A stretch of 64,000 nt of DNA from Octopus sinensis (lineage: Eukaryota), in NCBI RefSeq assembly GCF_006345805.1, contig NW_021832850.1, forward strand, positions 1 to 64,000, read 5' to 3'. Positions 1 through 12,546 of the stretch are shown here, piece by piece. How positions within the stretch are numbered: the first letter of the stretch is position 1; each line of letters begins with the position of its first letter. A program made the position numbers and the translations under genes. A model generated the notes under the pieces. It ran no database searches. It was given only the letters and a program-made list of their open reading frames with translations, and had not been told where the DNA came from.

Positions 1-159
1 AAGAGTACAGCAGGGATCGCCACCACCCCCTGTCGGATCCTCGCGGAGCTTTTTAGGTGTTTTCGCTCAATAAACACTCACAACGCCCGGTCTGGGAATC
101 GAAACCGCGATCCTACGACCGCGAGTCCGCTACTCTAACCACTGGGCCATTGCGCCTCC
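1..159 (-). mobile_element. tRNA-derived SINE, 5' head (runs off the window start)
   Basis: Reverse complement starts GGAGGCGCAATGGCCCAGTGGTTAG (Pol III A box) and contains GGTTTCGATTCCC (B box). No tRNA 3' stem or CCA; it continues into non-tRNA body sequence. Confidence 0.75.
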
Positions 160-855
160 ACACACACACATACACACACACACACACTCACACACACACA
201 CACATATATATATATTATAAGGTTGAATTAAATAGATTTTGTAAACCTCCGTAATTTTGGAGAATCATGCTTAGTGCATCCTTGAGATAAAATGCACTAC
301 CAATTAAACAGTGCCATAAGATTACTCAAACAGTCTTGACAAGAGCATCGACAAAACCAGTTTTTGAAAAAACAAAGAACATAAACCCGTTTGAATCAAA
401 GTCATTGTTTTTGAACAAAGAGTTATTTTAGCAAATTGCTCAGTATCTGATATATTTTGTGCGCTGGTAATTCTAGTTGATTAAAGTCTCGTAATATGTC
501 TTTTAATGCCACATGTTATAATTGACTAATTATGTTTCTACTCAAGGATTTATATTTTGTAGGATTTGGAATATTGTCTCTTGCAAATTCACACGCTTCT
601 CTCTTTTCCTTAACATGGCCAAGTGTAGAAATCATTCACAGTGTTTGTCTATTAGTCATTTAATATTTATTTCTTAATCAAATATCACTTGTTGAGCCAT
701 TTCGCACCATTTCACATGTTGATAATTTTTTACTAATTTAAGCAATATTTTGTTGTATTTTGTAGTTTTTAAATATCTTTCTAGATTCTACTTCTTGCCA
801 ATATAACTGATATCTTACTAACTAAAAATACATATTTCTTCGCTGCATATTTCAG

Positions 856-929
856 ACGACCATTCACGTGTTAGGCTTCAACCTGACGAGATGTCCTCCT
901 CAGATTACATCAATGCAAACTTCATCAGT
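856..929 (+). CDS. PTP exon, D1: (Y)DHSRVRLQPDEMSSSDYINANFIS
   Basis: ttcag|AC GAC CAT TCA CGT...AAC TTC ATC AGT|gtacgt; DHSRV and DYINAN motifs; phase 1 to 0. Confidence 0.92.
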
Positions 930-1716
930 GTACGTCAAAAATATTTCTTTCACTCCTCTCATATGTTACCATAACTTATTTTAACTAAGAAATATGAGGG
1001 TGTTGTTGATTTGTGCAATCTAAGCTCATCTTGGTTTTGATGTATCTACGTGGCCATCGCATCTCTACTCCATATAAACATTTCAAAATCATTCTGTAGT
1101 TTTGTGAAATATACATAGCGTTTATCATATTATTTCACAACGTAAATTGGTCGTAATACTGAGTATGGATTCGCAACCACACAGAAGTGAGTTTGTTATT
1201 TTCTTAGGAGGAGAGAGGAAGAAAGTTAGGACAAAAGAGAATTGTTCTGTAACAAAATATAACAAACCTACTTAGAACTATAACAATCATAAAATAATTC
1301 AGCCATGATATTATTTCTAGCAAAGTTCATTTCTGTTCAAAATGGAACGAACGCTCATCAATATGTATGTACATTAGTATGTACAAAATACAGGTGTTTT
1401 ACTTCTATATGAATTTAGTTATCTATAGATATAGAGATTACTAGTTTGGATATTAGGTGCACATTATAAATGACGAATTTTACGATGGATTACTATGTTA
1501 ATTTTATAACACTCCATGGTCAAATCTTAATGTTGCAAGGAAGATGAGTTAGAACAACAACAATATTAAGAAATTCCGATTTACTATAAATACAAAAAAA
1601 AAATGACGATTAACATATATGAAAGTTCGATAGTGAATTAAATTTTATATTTCATTCTTTGGTATTTAATAATTGACATTTTAATAATCCTTTGATTTAC
1701 CTTTGTTTTGTTTCAG

Positions 1717-1741
1717 AACCAGCGTTATATCGCTTGTCAAG
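1717..1741 (+). CDS. PTP 25-nt exon, D1: NQRYIACQ(G)
   Basis: Polypyrimidine tract + tttcag|AAC...CAA G|gtatgt; YIACQG motif; phase 0 to 1. Confidence 0.9.
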
Positions 1742-2058
1742 GTATGTATTATTAATTATATTGATAAAGAAAAATAATTATATTGAAAGTTTTGCGTGAA
1801 TCCTAACATCTTCAGGGATTTCAGTAAATGAAACTGTATTTTCCAGGTTATATTATATATCGCATTTCTGTGGTCATTTGAGGGGTACAGAAAAATAGAT
1901 ATTCCATAAATTTTCACTGAAAATCTATCCCTAAATTATTTTCAGATGTTTACTTTCTTCTCAACAAAAGCAGCAGCCCTATCAATCAGCTAATTATTAC
2001 ATATCTTAGACTTCCCTCATTCATATAAGTCAGTCTACTATAATAAACTTCCATGAGT

Positions 2059-2059
2059 A

Positions 2060-2093
<34 letters not shown>

Positions 2094-2512
2094 CATACAT
2101 ACATACATACATACATACATACATACATACATACATACATACATACATACATACATACATACATACATACATGCATACATACATACATATGATGGTCGCT
2201 CTCGTCGAAGACGACGTACAAGCGTTCGGCTTTCGCCGGACGACCTGCACAAATGATTTGTTTATAATAATCGAATATTTGTGCCGCACATTAGCTCACT
2301 GTCTCCATCAAATCGATGTTGTCTGAAGAATATGCTACTCCTCAGGCATCGAACTAATCTCAGAGCAACACGAAGTATTTTACTCAAGAACACAACACAC
2401 CATTTGGACTAGGAACTGAAATCACAATTTAGCAATCGTGTGTACAACACGCTAAATCCTAGGCTATACATACATACATACATACATACATACATACATA
2501 CATACATACCCG

Positions 2513-2546
<34 letters not shown>

Positions 2547-2550
2547 GTGT

Positions 2551-2607
<57 letters not shown>

Positions 2608-2640
2608 TTGTGTGTTTGTGTGTGTTTGTATGTATGTGTG
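2059..2640. repeat. (ACAT)n, (TA)n and (TG)n microsatellites
   Basis: Directly visible simple repeats at about 2059-2190 and 2466-2640. Confidence 0.95.
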
Positions 2641-2716
2641 TTGGGTGATTCTAGGTGTGTCTGTAAAGTAAAAATCCGTATCCTTTTTAACCAGATTGAC
2701 CGTTCGAACGAACTTT

Positions 2717-2784
2717 ACTGCAATTCTTTAACCCCAAGGGGACATCTCCTCTAGCTGGTTAATAATGCACAGCTGCTTCCGAGA
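2717..2784. repeat. Dispersed repeat fragment, second copy at 15883-15950
   Basis: actgcaattctttaaccccaaggggacatctcctctagctggttaataatgcacagctgc vs actgcaattttttaaccctcagaggacatttccactagttggttaacgatgcacaactgc. Confidence 0.6.
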
Positions 2785-3667
2785 TATTGCGAACGGAGGA
2801 GTGAACCCCTACCACCTTCTTCTAGCGATGGGACCAGCAGACAGGCCTGATTTCGGGGTATTTCTGCTCCTCTCCAGTACTAGACACCATATCTGCTCGA
2901 AATATATATCATTTCAAGCGGCATAAAGTTACTGATTTTGCAACAAACAAAAATGCTAGTTCTAAAATCTCCTTAAGAGATCAACGCAATGGTTGTACCG
3001 ACAAGTTGAACATGTCTGTCCGTTCGAATGGATAGCCATGCAGAAATGGCTACGAACATTGGTTGTTAGTACAACTACTACGTTGATTTCTTAGAGAGAT
3101 TCTAGAACGATTTTAGAAGTTAAATTTAGAATTAAAGAATCGAGGTTTAGAAAGGAAGCATTAAATGCAAAATCCAAACCATATTTCAGGGTAAGTTCCA
3201 GGTAATGTGCTTGTAGAATATGTTCACTACATTTGGCTATCAGGCATCATCAGCAATATCGTGCGTTCGTCGTTAAATATACGTCTGGAATTCCGAGGTG
3301 CACGTACGGTCTATTTTTAAGTGATTAAATCGGAAGACGATGTGTAACCAGAAGCATTTATTATCACAACAAACGTTTCAGCGCCATTCTGCATTGCTCT
3401 CTAGTGGGCGTGGCACGATGTAATGACTCTATTTGCAACGCACAATGCAAAAACCTCATCAGGTGACGTAACATGCTTCAAAGGTTACCAGATTTACATT
3501 TCATTTTCGCTTCAAGTTATATACTGATGGTGAAATTCTAGTAGTTCAGATATATCTGGTTAAGTGAAGAACATGTGGTCAGGAAGTGAAAAAATTATAC
3601 ATATTTATATATGTGTCTGCTTTGAGCGGTATATGTGATATGTGACTCAATGTGTGAATATATGAAT

Positions 3668-3711
<44 letters not shown>

Positions 3712-4391
3712 CGTGTTTATTCTGCTGCAACACAAGAGTAGAAGGAAGAGTAACAGATGAAAGAGAAGTAGCAATAGAGAAAATGGGGCAGAGTGGAAGT
3801 CTCTGTTGTGCAGGTGGATGTACAACAGAGATTGATGGGAGTCGGCACTCCAGAAAGAGTAACGAGAAAGTAAATCATGAAAGGAAGAGGAATAAAGAGG
3901 CAAGAGACGGGAGGGAGGAGAACATCTCACTCACCCCATTACACTCACATGCACATTAACACATGCATACACACTCGGTCATATATATGCGTCTACTGAC
4001 AAACATGAGCACATGCACCAAGCGAATGCTGAAACTTCAGAAGTAAATCGATATTTCATGCCCAAAATATTTTTAATTTTTCATTTAATTCTTCTTTTCT
4101 ATCGCCCACCAAAGGAATATGCGTATATTATATATCTTATATTTCCGTCCGATATATAATTATCGAACGTAACTCTAATTTGAAATTACTTCCAATGTTC
4201 GAGCTTTTGAGAAGCAATATCCATGGCTGACTTGAAGACTTAGAGTTTATTGACTGTTGGGAAACAACGTAAAGTGCAAAAGGATACCGACTACCACCGG
4301 CTAATTTAAATGGGAGTAGAGTTTAAACAGAAATTTTAGTTTATTTTAAATTTTTCTTAGTGGTTTTTATTTTGTTCTTTTATTTGAACAG

Positions 4392-4489
4392 GTCCTACAC
4401 AAAATACGGTGACGGACTTCTGGAGGATGATCTGGCAATTGAAATGTAATACTATAGTCATGTTAACTGACATTGTGGAAAATGGAAAG
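4392..4489 (+). CDS. PTP exon, D1: (G)[32 protein letters not shown]
   Basis: aacag|GT CCT...GGA AAG|gtatag; DFWRMIW and IVMLT motifs; 98 nt. Confidence 0.96.
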
Positions 4490-4551
4490 GTATAGTGTTT
4501 CTTCAGGAGAACTTGATAACGTAAACCATTCTTTAAGAAAATTTCGCTATA

Positions 4552-4659
4552 TATGTATGTGAATATGCATGCAAGTAAGTATGTATGTATGTATGTATGT
4601 ATGTATGTATGTATGTATGTATGTATGTATGTATGTATGCATGCATGCATGCATGTATG

Positions 4660-4691
<32 letters not shown>

Positions 4692-4950
4692 CATGCATGC
4701 ATGTATGTATGTATGCATGCATGTATACGAGAAGAATTCTAAGCATATAGTTGTATATCTAGATATGCTCATAAATACTTAAACTATAAACTTCCGGAAG
4801 TTTTACAAACTTTTGCAGTTCCAGTGATGGCTTAGACGTATGGTCTTCGAATATGCATGCATGCATGCAATTATGTATGTATGTATGTATGTATGTACGT
4901 ATGTATGTATGTATGTATGCATGCATGTATGTATGCGTATATTCATGCAT
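4552..4950. repeat. (TATG)n/(TGCA)n microsatellites
   Basis: Directly visible. Confidence 0.95.
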
Positions 4951-5179
4951 GCATAGACGCATCAAAGCCATTAGAGTCGAAATACATATTCCACCATACA
5001 TAGAATTATCGGAATGTTCGTTACGACAGATGTTAACGGGTTTGATTTGCCGATAAATTTTGAAAGCCTTACGGTTATACTGGGAAAGTAATATCGGATT
5101 CTTATGCAAAAGCGATACCAAAACATAGAATTACATGTTTCCCCATGACACAATAGTTATTCCGAATTTTGTGAAAATG

Positions 5180-5330
5180 AGAACAATTTTTGGTGAGGGG
5201 TAAGTCTATTACATCAACCCTGTTGTTCAAATTATACTTACTTTATCGACCCAGAAATAATGAATGGCAAAGTCGACTTCAGCGAAATTTGAACTCAGAA
5301 TATGAAGATGAATAGAATACTGCTGAGGCT
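5180..5330 (-). mobile_element. SINE family B fragment (degenerate)
   Basis: ggcaaagtcgacttcagcgaaatttgaactcag matches the family-B core seen in other copies in this window. Confidence 0.65.
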
Positions 5331-5558
5331 ATTGAATGCTATGCAGTTATGTGTGTCAGTGTGTGTTTGTATGTGTGTGTGTGCGTGCGTATGTGTGTGT
5401 GTATATGAATAGTATAAAATATTGTAACAGCTATAGTTTCTTTTGAGTGGTGTTCTGTGATTTTAGTCACTCCGTTTATGTTTAAGAATCAAGATTTTAA
5501 GTAGCATTTTAACTTTTCTTATTTTTTATATTATATATTGATTTATTTATTTTGACAG

Positions 5559-5681
5559 ATGAAGTGTATGCAGTATTGGCCAGATGAAGAGCATACTGAG
5601 TCATTTGGTAACATCGAAGTTACACATATCAACACTAGCTATCATTCAACTCATATACACCGAAGATTTATTATTTCAAAG
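5559..5681 (+). CDS. PTP exon, D1: MKCMQYWPDEEHTESFGNIEVTHINTSYHSTHIHRRFIISK
   Basis: tttgacag|ATG AAG TGT...TCA AAG|gtaagg; KCxQYWP motif. Confidence 0.96.
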
Positions 5682-5875
5682 GTAAGGCATTCCATATTAT
5701 TTCATATTATATAAGAATTACGTTTCTTACAAGGAAATTCTGGGAGACCGTTGTATAAAATGTAAACTCACGTAAAATTTGATTGCTACAATAAATATGG
5801 AGTGAAAAAAGGTGAAATATTTTTTACTCCTTTATGCTTTAATTGCTTTCTAACAATAAAATTTATCATATTATA

Positions 5876-6275
5876 GGCGCAGGCTTTATGGTTAGATGCT
5901 TGCTTACCAACCACATGGTTCTGGGTTGAGTCCCACTGCGTGGCACCTTGGGCAGGTGTCTTCTACTATAGCCTCTGGCCGATCAAATCCTTGTGTGTGG
6001 ATATGGTAGACGGAAACTGAAAGAAGCCCGTTGTATATACATACTCTCACACACACATATATGTGTGTGGGGGTCTGTGTTTGGCTCCCCGCAACATCCA
6101 TTGACGATCGATGCTGGTGTTTACGTCCCCGTAACATAGTGGTTCGGCAAAAGAAACAAATGTACTAGGCTTACAAAGAATAAGTTCTGGGGTCGATTTG
6201 CTCGACTGAAAGTGGTGCTCCGGCATGGCCGCAGTCAAATGACTGAAACATGTAAAAGAAGGAATAAAAGAAAGA
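5876..6275 (+). mobile_element. tRNA-derived CORE-type SINE (family A), full length
   Basis: tRNA-like head (tggttag...ggttgagtccc), CORE-like tggcaccttgggcaggtgtcttct, internal (CA)/(TG) tract, 3' tail gtggtgctccggcatggccgcagtc; an antisense copy lies at 50490-50910. Confidence 0.8.
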
Positions 6276-6639
6276 ATATCACTATTCTTGAATTACTTAA
6301 CATGCACTCAATACAATATGTGGTGCTCTATATAGTTTTATAACAAATTAACGAAGAATATAAGTAATTATTTCAGTCTGGTACTTGCTTTATCGCATAC
6401 TCTGTATTGTGCCAGCCAGTTGCAGGATCTAAATGGACATAACATTCATAAACATATACATACATGGATAGATAAATGCGTTTGCACAAAGAGGAGTCTC
6501 GTACATGCAATATAATGAATGGAAAACTTCCATTGAATGAAATAATACAAGCAATTAAAAGGCAAAACTCAACTTGTTATGAATAATCAAATTTGGGACT
6601 TTGAAAACAAGTTCCTCTCTGAAATGCAGCTACACAGAG

Positions 6640-6937
<298 letters not shown>

Positions 6938-7429
6938 TGAGTCTAAGGCATTAGAAAACATAGATATATTGTAAAAATATGGAAATATTACTGAAAAGAT
7001 GTTCCTAATATCTGTGATGTTCAAATCATTTTTTTAACATTCACTATCCCACCTTTTTGTATACCCACGACTATATTACTCAACGTTTCATTTCCTTTAA
7101 ACATCCTACAGTGTGGTTTACCTTCTATTTCTAGATGGTTAAGTGACTGCTTTGGCGTTCTATCGTTTCATATGTGCTTTACAGGCCAGATTCATCTCAG
7201 TGAAACAAGCACTATAGTACTTTGTGTTTTATCATTGATCTAAAATTTGCTATTTTGTTTCGAAGACTGACGCTGTGCAACGCTTTGAAATAAGTTGGAT
7301 GCCCTGTAATGGTATCAACATTAATATTATAATAATATACTACGATAGTATTTTATTACATTGTTTAATAGTGCTTCAGTATAATTTTACATAGATTTTC
7401 TTCCAAAACTTTTTACGTTTTATTTACAG

Positions 7430-7587
7430 TCAGGTGGTCATCAGAATGAAAGATGGACTATCGATCATTTCTACTTCAATAAATGGCCAGATCATGGCAT
7501 ACCACAGCACACAGAATATATCTTAGAATTCCGAAATGCCGTAAGGTTCAGAGAAGGAACAACATCATCATTGGTCGTACATTGCAG
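7430..7587 (+). CDS. PTP exon, D1 WPD loop: [52 protein letters not shown](S)
   Basis: ttacag|TCA...CAT TGC AG|gtttgt; WPDHG and VVHC motifs; phase 0 to 2. Confidence 0.96.
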
Positions 7588-7799
7588 GTTTGTAATTATA
7601 TCTATAACACGCATATTTCATATTTTATATAATTATATATATGCATTTTTATATTATAATAACCATAATTATATCATCTATACAATGATGTCAGCTTTCC
7701 TTTTTATAATTTCTGAAAGAAGATCCAGAGCGGTAGAAATGAATATATATATCTGTATGTATGTGTGTGTGAATATATATACATATATATATAATATAT

Positions 7800-7913
<114 letters not shown>

Positions 7914-8527
7914 ATATATATATGTATGTATGTCTGTCTGTATTTATGTATGTGTGTGTTGTTAGCACTCGTGAGTGTGTACCTGTGCGCATGTAAGCGT
8001 GTAAGCGTGTATGTTGGTAACAAGCCATGTTAACTTTTGAAATGTTTTGTTATATAATTCATGATATAGTGAAAAATATAAAGCTAAAGCTTAGTAAAAA
8101 GGAGGGTCCACGAAATTTTGCCTAAATTGAACCACGTTTATAAGTTTATAAGTTTTCCTATATTTTGTGTGGGACAACGAGATTCAGAAATATTTTAGAG
8201 TCAAAGTATCACGTTTAATCAATCAAAACGTTTGCCTCACGACATCACTTCAACAAAGAGACGATTCTAAATATTGACATGGTTTCGGAAAAAGGAAACA
8301 TCTCGACATAGAAGAGTGACTGAGAAAAATTTAGGTTCTTAGTAATGTAGGTATATATGATGTAGTAAGTCAAGAAATTTTAACCAATATTGTCTTACGT
8401 TAACACAATATGTCGTCCCAATAATGATTGTTTCCATTCCTAATGAAAAACTTTGGTTAAAATTGTTTGCTGAGAAGTGTGTTATATCAAATTTAGGGTC
8501 CGATTTCCAGCATTACTCAATTTTAGC

Positions 8528-8740
8528 AGGCACCGAGCTAGAAGAATTGTTAGTATGGCCGGCAAAATGCTTTGTTACATTTCGTCCATTTTTGTGTTCT
8601 GAGTTCAAATTCCGCCGATATTGACTTTGCCTTTTATATTTTCGGGGTCGATAAAATAAGTTCCAGTTGAAGACTGGATTCAATGTAACCGATTTATCCC
8701 TCACTCGAAAATGTTGGCTTTGTGCCAAAATTAGAAACCA
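8528..8740 (+). mobile_element. SINE family B copy
   Basis: Head ggcaccgagctagaagaattgttag, B-box-like gagttcaaattcc, core gactttgcc...ttcggggtcgataaa. Confidence 0.75.
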
Positions 8741-8892
8741 GTATTATTCAACTGTTATTTTTTCCTACTTCTGAATAAAAACAGTAAATGTTTTCTTTTG
8801 TTCTCCAAGCGTAATCCATGTATTTATTTTGTTATTTATTAAATTGTTGGAAGCAATCATAGACATTTTATTGTCCTTGACCCTTCTTTCAG

Positions 8893-9028
8893 TGCTGGTG
8901 TCGGTCGTACCGGAACTTACATTTGCATTGACATTCTTCTCAATGAAATGTTGAGTGGTGAAGCTATTGATGTATTGGCATGTGTTACGAAGCTTCGGGA
9001 GGAGAGGATGCATATGGTCCAGAAAAGG
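8893..9028 (+). CDS. PTP exon, D1 P-loop: (S)AGVGRTGTYICIDILLNEMLSGEAIDVLACVTKLREERMHMVQKR
   Basis: tttcag|T GCT GGT GTC GGT CGT ACC GGA...AAA AGG|gtgagt; completes HCSAGVGRTG; 136 nt. Confidence 0.97.
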
Positions 9029-9884
9029 GTGAGTTAATGACAACGTAAATAAGAAAAAATACTTAGTCTAATAGCTTGTAACACTCAGGGACTCTCCCTT
9101 TTATGGGCTTGCTTTCATCTTTTCTTTCAGTGGCAATTGTCATTGCTGTTACCTTCTATAATTTGGCTATTTCTTGAAAGGCGGGGAATTGGCAGAAATT
9201 TTACAGCTCCAGGGAAATTGGCTTGCAGGATTCGTAACCGTGTCTTCACTCTCATTTTAAATTTCGCTGATGTCAGCTTCACATATAATACTTTAGTCGA
9301 TAAATAAAGTGCTTGTTTGGAGTTGAGATTCAATATTCTCTCCATCCCTTACACACACATATCTCTCTTTTTTTCTTCCTCTCTTTCTCACTAACTTTTG
9401 CTTTCCGTTCAAAAGTCTAGTCTTGTGACTTTGTGTTACACTGGGTTATATATCAATAGTGCATCTGTCTGTTGAATACCGAGAATTGTACGCTTTAATT
9501 TTATTTGTTGGAAGTCAGTTGCTAATCGTCAGAATAAACAGAGGATAAAACACAGCAATTCTGAAGTATTTGTGAGTTGCTCTTCAGTCATAGCTGTTAC
9601 GAGAGTATAGAAAATAACGTGTTACGATGCCATAGTCTGCTATGGGACTGACAAGTTACAGTCAAGTTACATCTAGTCCCCGAAACAAAATTGGATTTAT
9701 GACTCTCAGAAAATACTATAATTTCGCATCATTATATATTTCTTGTCAATTCTATACGATTTTATTCTCATTACATTGAAATATGTTCCGTGAGAAAGTT
9801 CTCAGCGTATTTAGTGCTTATTAATGAAGTAGACAATCAATAAAATAACTCATAATTATGAAAGTGTTTTCAGGAATCAAAAGA

Positions 9885-10080
9885 AATAAAAGCACTCAGA
9901 GAACGCAAACCTCCGTCAAATCAGCACCAACGTCCTCTCAATGAGGATTTTTAAAATGAGAATATCTGAAATAAAGTTGACTGATCTCACAAACCGGAAT
10001 GCTAAAGATGAACCGACCGCCCTCAAAAATTAAGTCAAAAACCGGAAAAACAATTCAGAATCCTTGTCCAGTACCTTCCA
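9885..10080 (+). mobile_element. Possible non-autonomous DNA-transposon/Helitron-type repeat end
   Basis: Starts aaaagcactcagagaacgcaaacctccg, resembling a repeat terminus recalled from aquatic animal genomes; not verified. Confidence 0.3.
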
Positions 10081-12130
10081 ATTGCTATAGATGGGTAATG
10101 CATCTTACAGATGGGCCGGTCACCTGCATGGTGAGGAAGCTCTCATTGGGGAGTGGTAACAACTAGGGTAGTATAGCTGACTGCTTATTGTGATCAATCC
10201 TCTTTTGGCTTTCTCTAGCTTTGCTCTCTTTTAGAAACCCAGTGAACATCCATATATGTCCGATTTCAAAGAAATTTGAACGATATGACACAAGTTAAAA
10301 ATCGTTCCCAACAATTCAACTTCTTTGGATGATTTTAAGACTCCATTAATGGGGTCTTAACTCCCACATTTTAGAGTTCCATGCACTACATATACTCTAT
10401 TTTTCAGGAGCAAAAGTTTTGAAGGGGTTTTGCAAGATTTGGATTTTAGAATCGGGGCATAAAGATGAGTAGTATGAGAAAATATGTCATGATTAGAATT
10501 TTGGTTTGGGTGAGTAAAGAGGGAAAGAACCACAATAAGTCAGTCAGTCACCGGCTGACACTCATCGATACATCGAAGAGGCCAGGGAACAGAAGAAAGA
10601 AGAAGAAAGAAGACATGCACCCAACACCAGAGCTGAAGACACATCCGAAGGGGGGGGGCACGTCAAAACGGTAGAGGAGTAGGAGCCGAAACCGGACGTG
10701 GTTCCTCTGATGATGTCTTGAGCTAACTGGATCCTATAAAGCAGCTGTTGTGGTAGCAGGCCACGAAACACGGTTGTAATTCCTAGTTATATATTTATAA
10801 AAGCTGATTCGGTTATATCTACTAACATATATACAGAACTTTATATGTGATGGTAGTCTCTTTTAGTCCGAGCAAGCTAAACAACCGACTTATTTATACT
10901 GATTAAATGTATTTACTGTTCATTAGCTCACATTCTCTGTGAAATCTATGCTACCTGAACAGGTGCGCGTTGTGCCAACGTCAAGTGTCAAAGTTATTGC
11001 AAAGCAATATCAATTGTTTTGCCCAAGAAAAAATACGCACCACCCAGTGCAAGTGTTGGACCCACGCTCTTCCGTTCATGCGTACAACTAATTCATGCGC
11101 CCTCACAAGTGAATATACAGCAAGTATAAGCTTTGAGGCTGAAATTCATGTAGAGTTTGTACTTGTTGGTATGAAAGTTAAGCAACTTACGGAATTAGTC
11201 ACTGAATTCCATGCATTGAATTAACATTTTCACAATAAGGTAGATCGCACTAACTTCAGTTATTACTATATCATTAACTTTAAATATTCAATAATATTTA
11301 GTTTTAGCCTCGTTAGATATTGCCGACCTAGCCTACTCTGATGTTACGACGTCGCTGAATACATCTCAAACTAATAGTATTACAGTATAGTACACGCCCA
11401 ATCACACAAACGAATAGAAGAAAATGTCATTGAAAAGAAATACATAGTAGCATTCTCTCGATTAGGGTTCATGTGATCGTGTAACATGGCTTTTGAATTT
11501 TTATTGCTGGGCGGATTAAATGCGGATTTAAAACATAAGGAAATAAGTTAGAATATATGGGTTTCATAATTCCATAGATACTTTGTTTATGTGTTTAACT
11601 AAAGTCCCCAACAAGATTATAAGCCCGGTGACAACAATATTTGCAAGATATGGCACCTCGGCGAAATAATTAAATTTTCGTTTTTATATTAAGTCTATTT
11701 CTAATTAATTTCAACTCTGAACCTCTTTTGCAGGTTGTTGATTTTTTATTATCTAGTTCTCTCTAAAGAACAAGATATGAATTAAATATTCGATCACACT
11801 AAAAGTTTAACGTGTTAAGTTTTGTAATATGCTTTTAGTACGTTCACTCCCTTCGCTCTCTCTTCATATATATTTATTTAAATCGTTTCCTCCAAATCTC
11901 AAATCTCAGGTTTTTCCCTCAAGTCGATCAAACTAACCCATAATTATATATTAATCTCACCCATCATTTCATTCTTCAATTTCAAAACGTTTTTCATGAA
12001 CGAAGTTTATTTCCTTCTCTTTACCAAACTAATGACTACGAAACACAATGTCTTTTTTTTATTCCAAAAATTATTGTTTGCTTAAACACTGAGCCTATGT
12101 GATTTTAAACGGATTCATTTCTGTTTCCAG

Positions 12131-12280
12131 ATACAACTGGAGTTTATATATGATGTTTTAGTCGAGAACATTCTCACCGGAGATTATGACATAGATGTGA
12201 ATAATATACCAAAGGAATTCTCTAGAATAACGGAAACAGACCATTCAACAAGAGTATCGATTTTAGAGCATCAGTTTCAG
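12131..12280 (+). CDS. PTP exon, end of D1 and linker: IQLEFIYDVLVENILTGDYDIDVNNIPKEFSRITETDHSTRVSILEHQFQ
   Basis: ttccag|ATA CAA CTG...TTT CAG|gtaagc; QxxFIY and xxQFQ motifs; open frame. Confidence 0.93.
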
Positions 12281-12491
12281 GTAAGCCAGAAATGTAATTG
12301 CGATCGAAGAAGCGATCAATTCTTATTGAAACCGATGGAAAAGTCAGCTTGCAAAACGTTTTAATACACCGTTTCATCATTATCTTATCTATTCTATATT
12401 CCATAAATAAAGGTATTTTCCTTTGTATTTTACCATCGCTCCAACATTTGTTCTGCTTAAACTAGACAACCATTTTTTATATAATTTCAAG

Positions 12492-12546
12492 GACGTAATA
12501 AAACAAGTCGAAGTGCGTGACACGGACATTGCATTAAAAGAGGGTG
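12492..12546 (+). CDS. PTP linker/D2 N-terminal exon: DVIKQVEVRDTDIALKEG(G)
   Basis: ttcaag|GAC...GGT G|gtaagt; strong donor, weaker AAG acceptor; phase 0 to 1 is what the flanking exons require. Confidence 0.7.

Noticed and set aside
85-159. tRNA gene
   Set aside because: A and B boxes are present, but there is no complete cloverleaf or acceptor stem and it runs into SINE body sequence.
1164-1186. Candidate microexon (ag|TATGGATTC...CAGAA|gtgagt) to supply the missing GYxx
   Set aside because: At 23 nt it would shift the frame, and it has no polypyrimidine tract.
10540-10790. Several partial hammerhead words (CTGAAGA, CTGATGA, GAAACCGG) in a probable decayed PLE region
   Set aside because: I could not assemble consistent stems I-III around an intact core.
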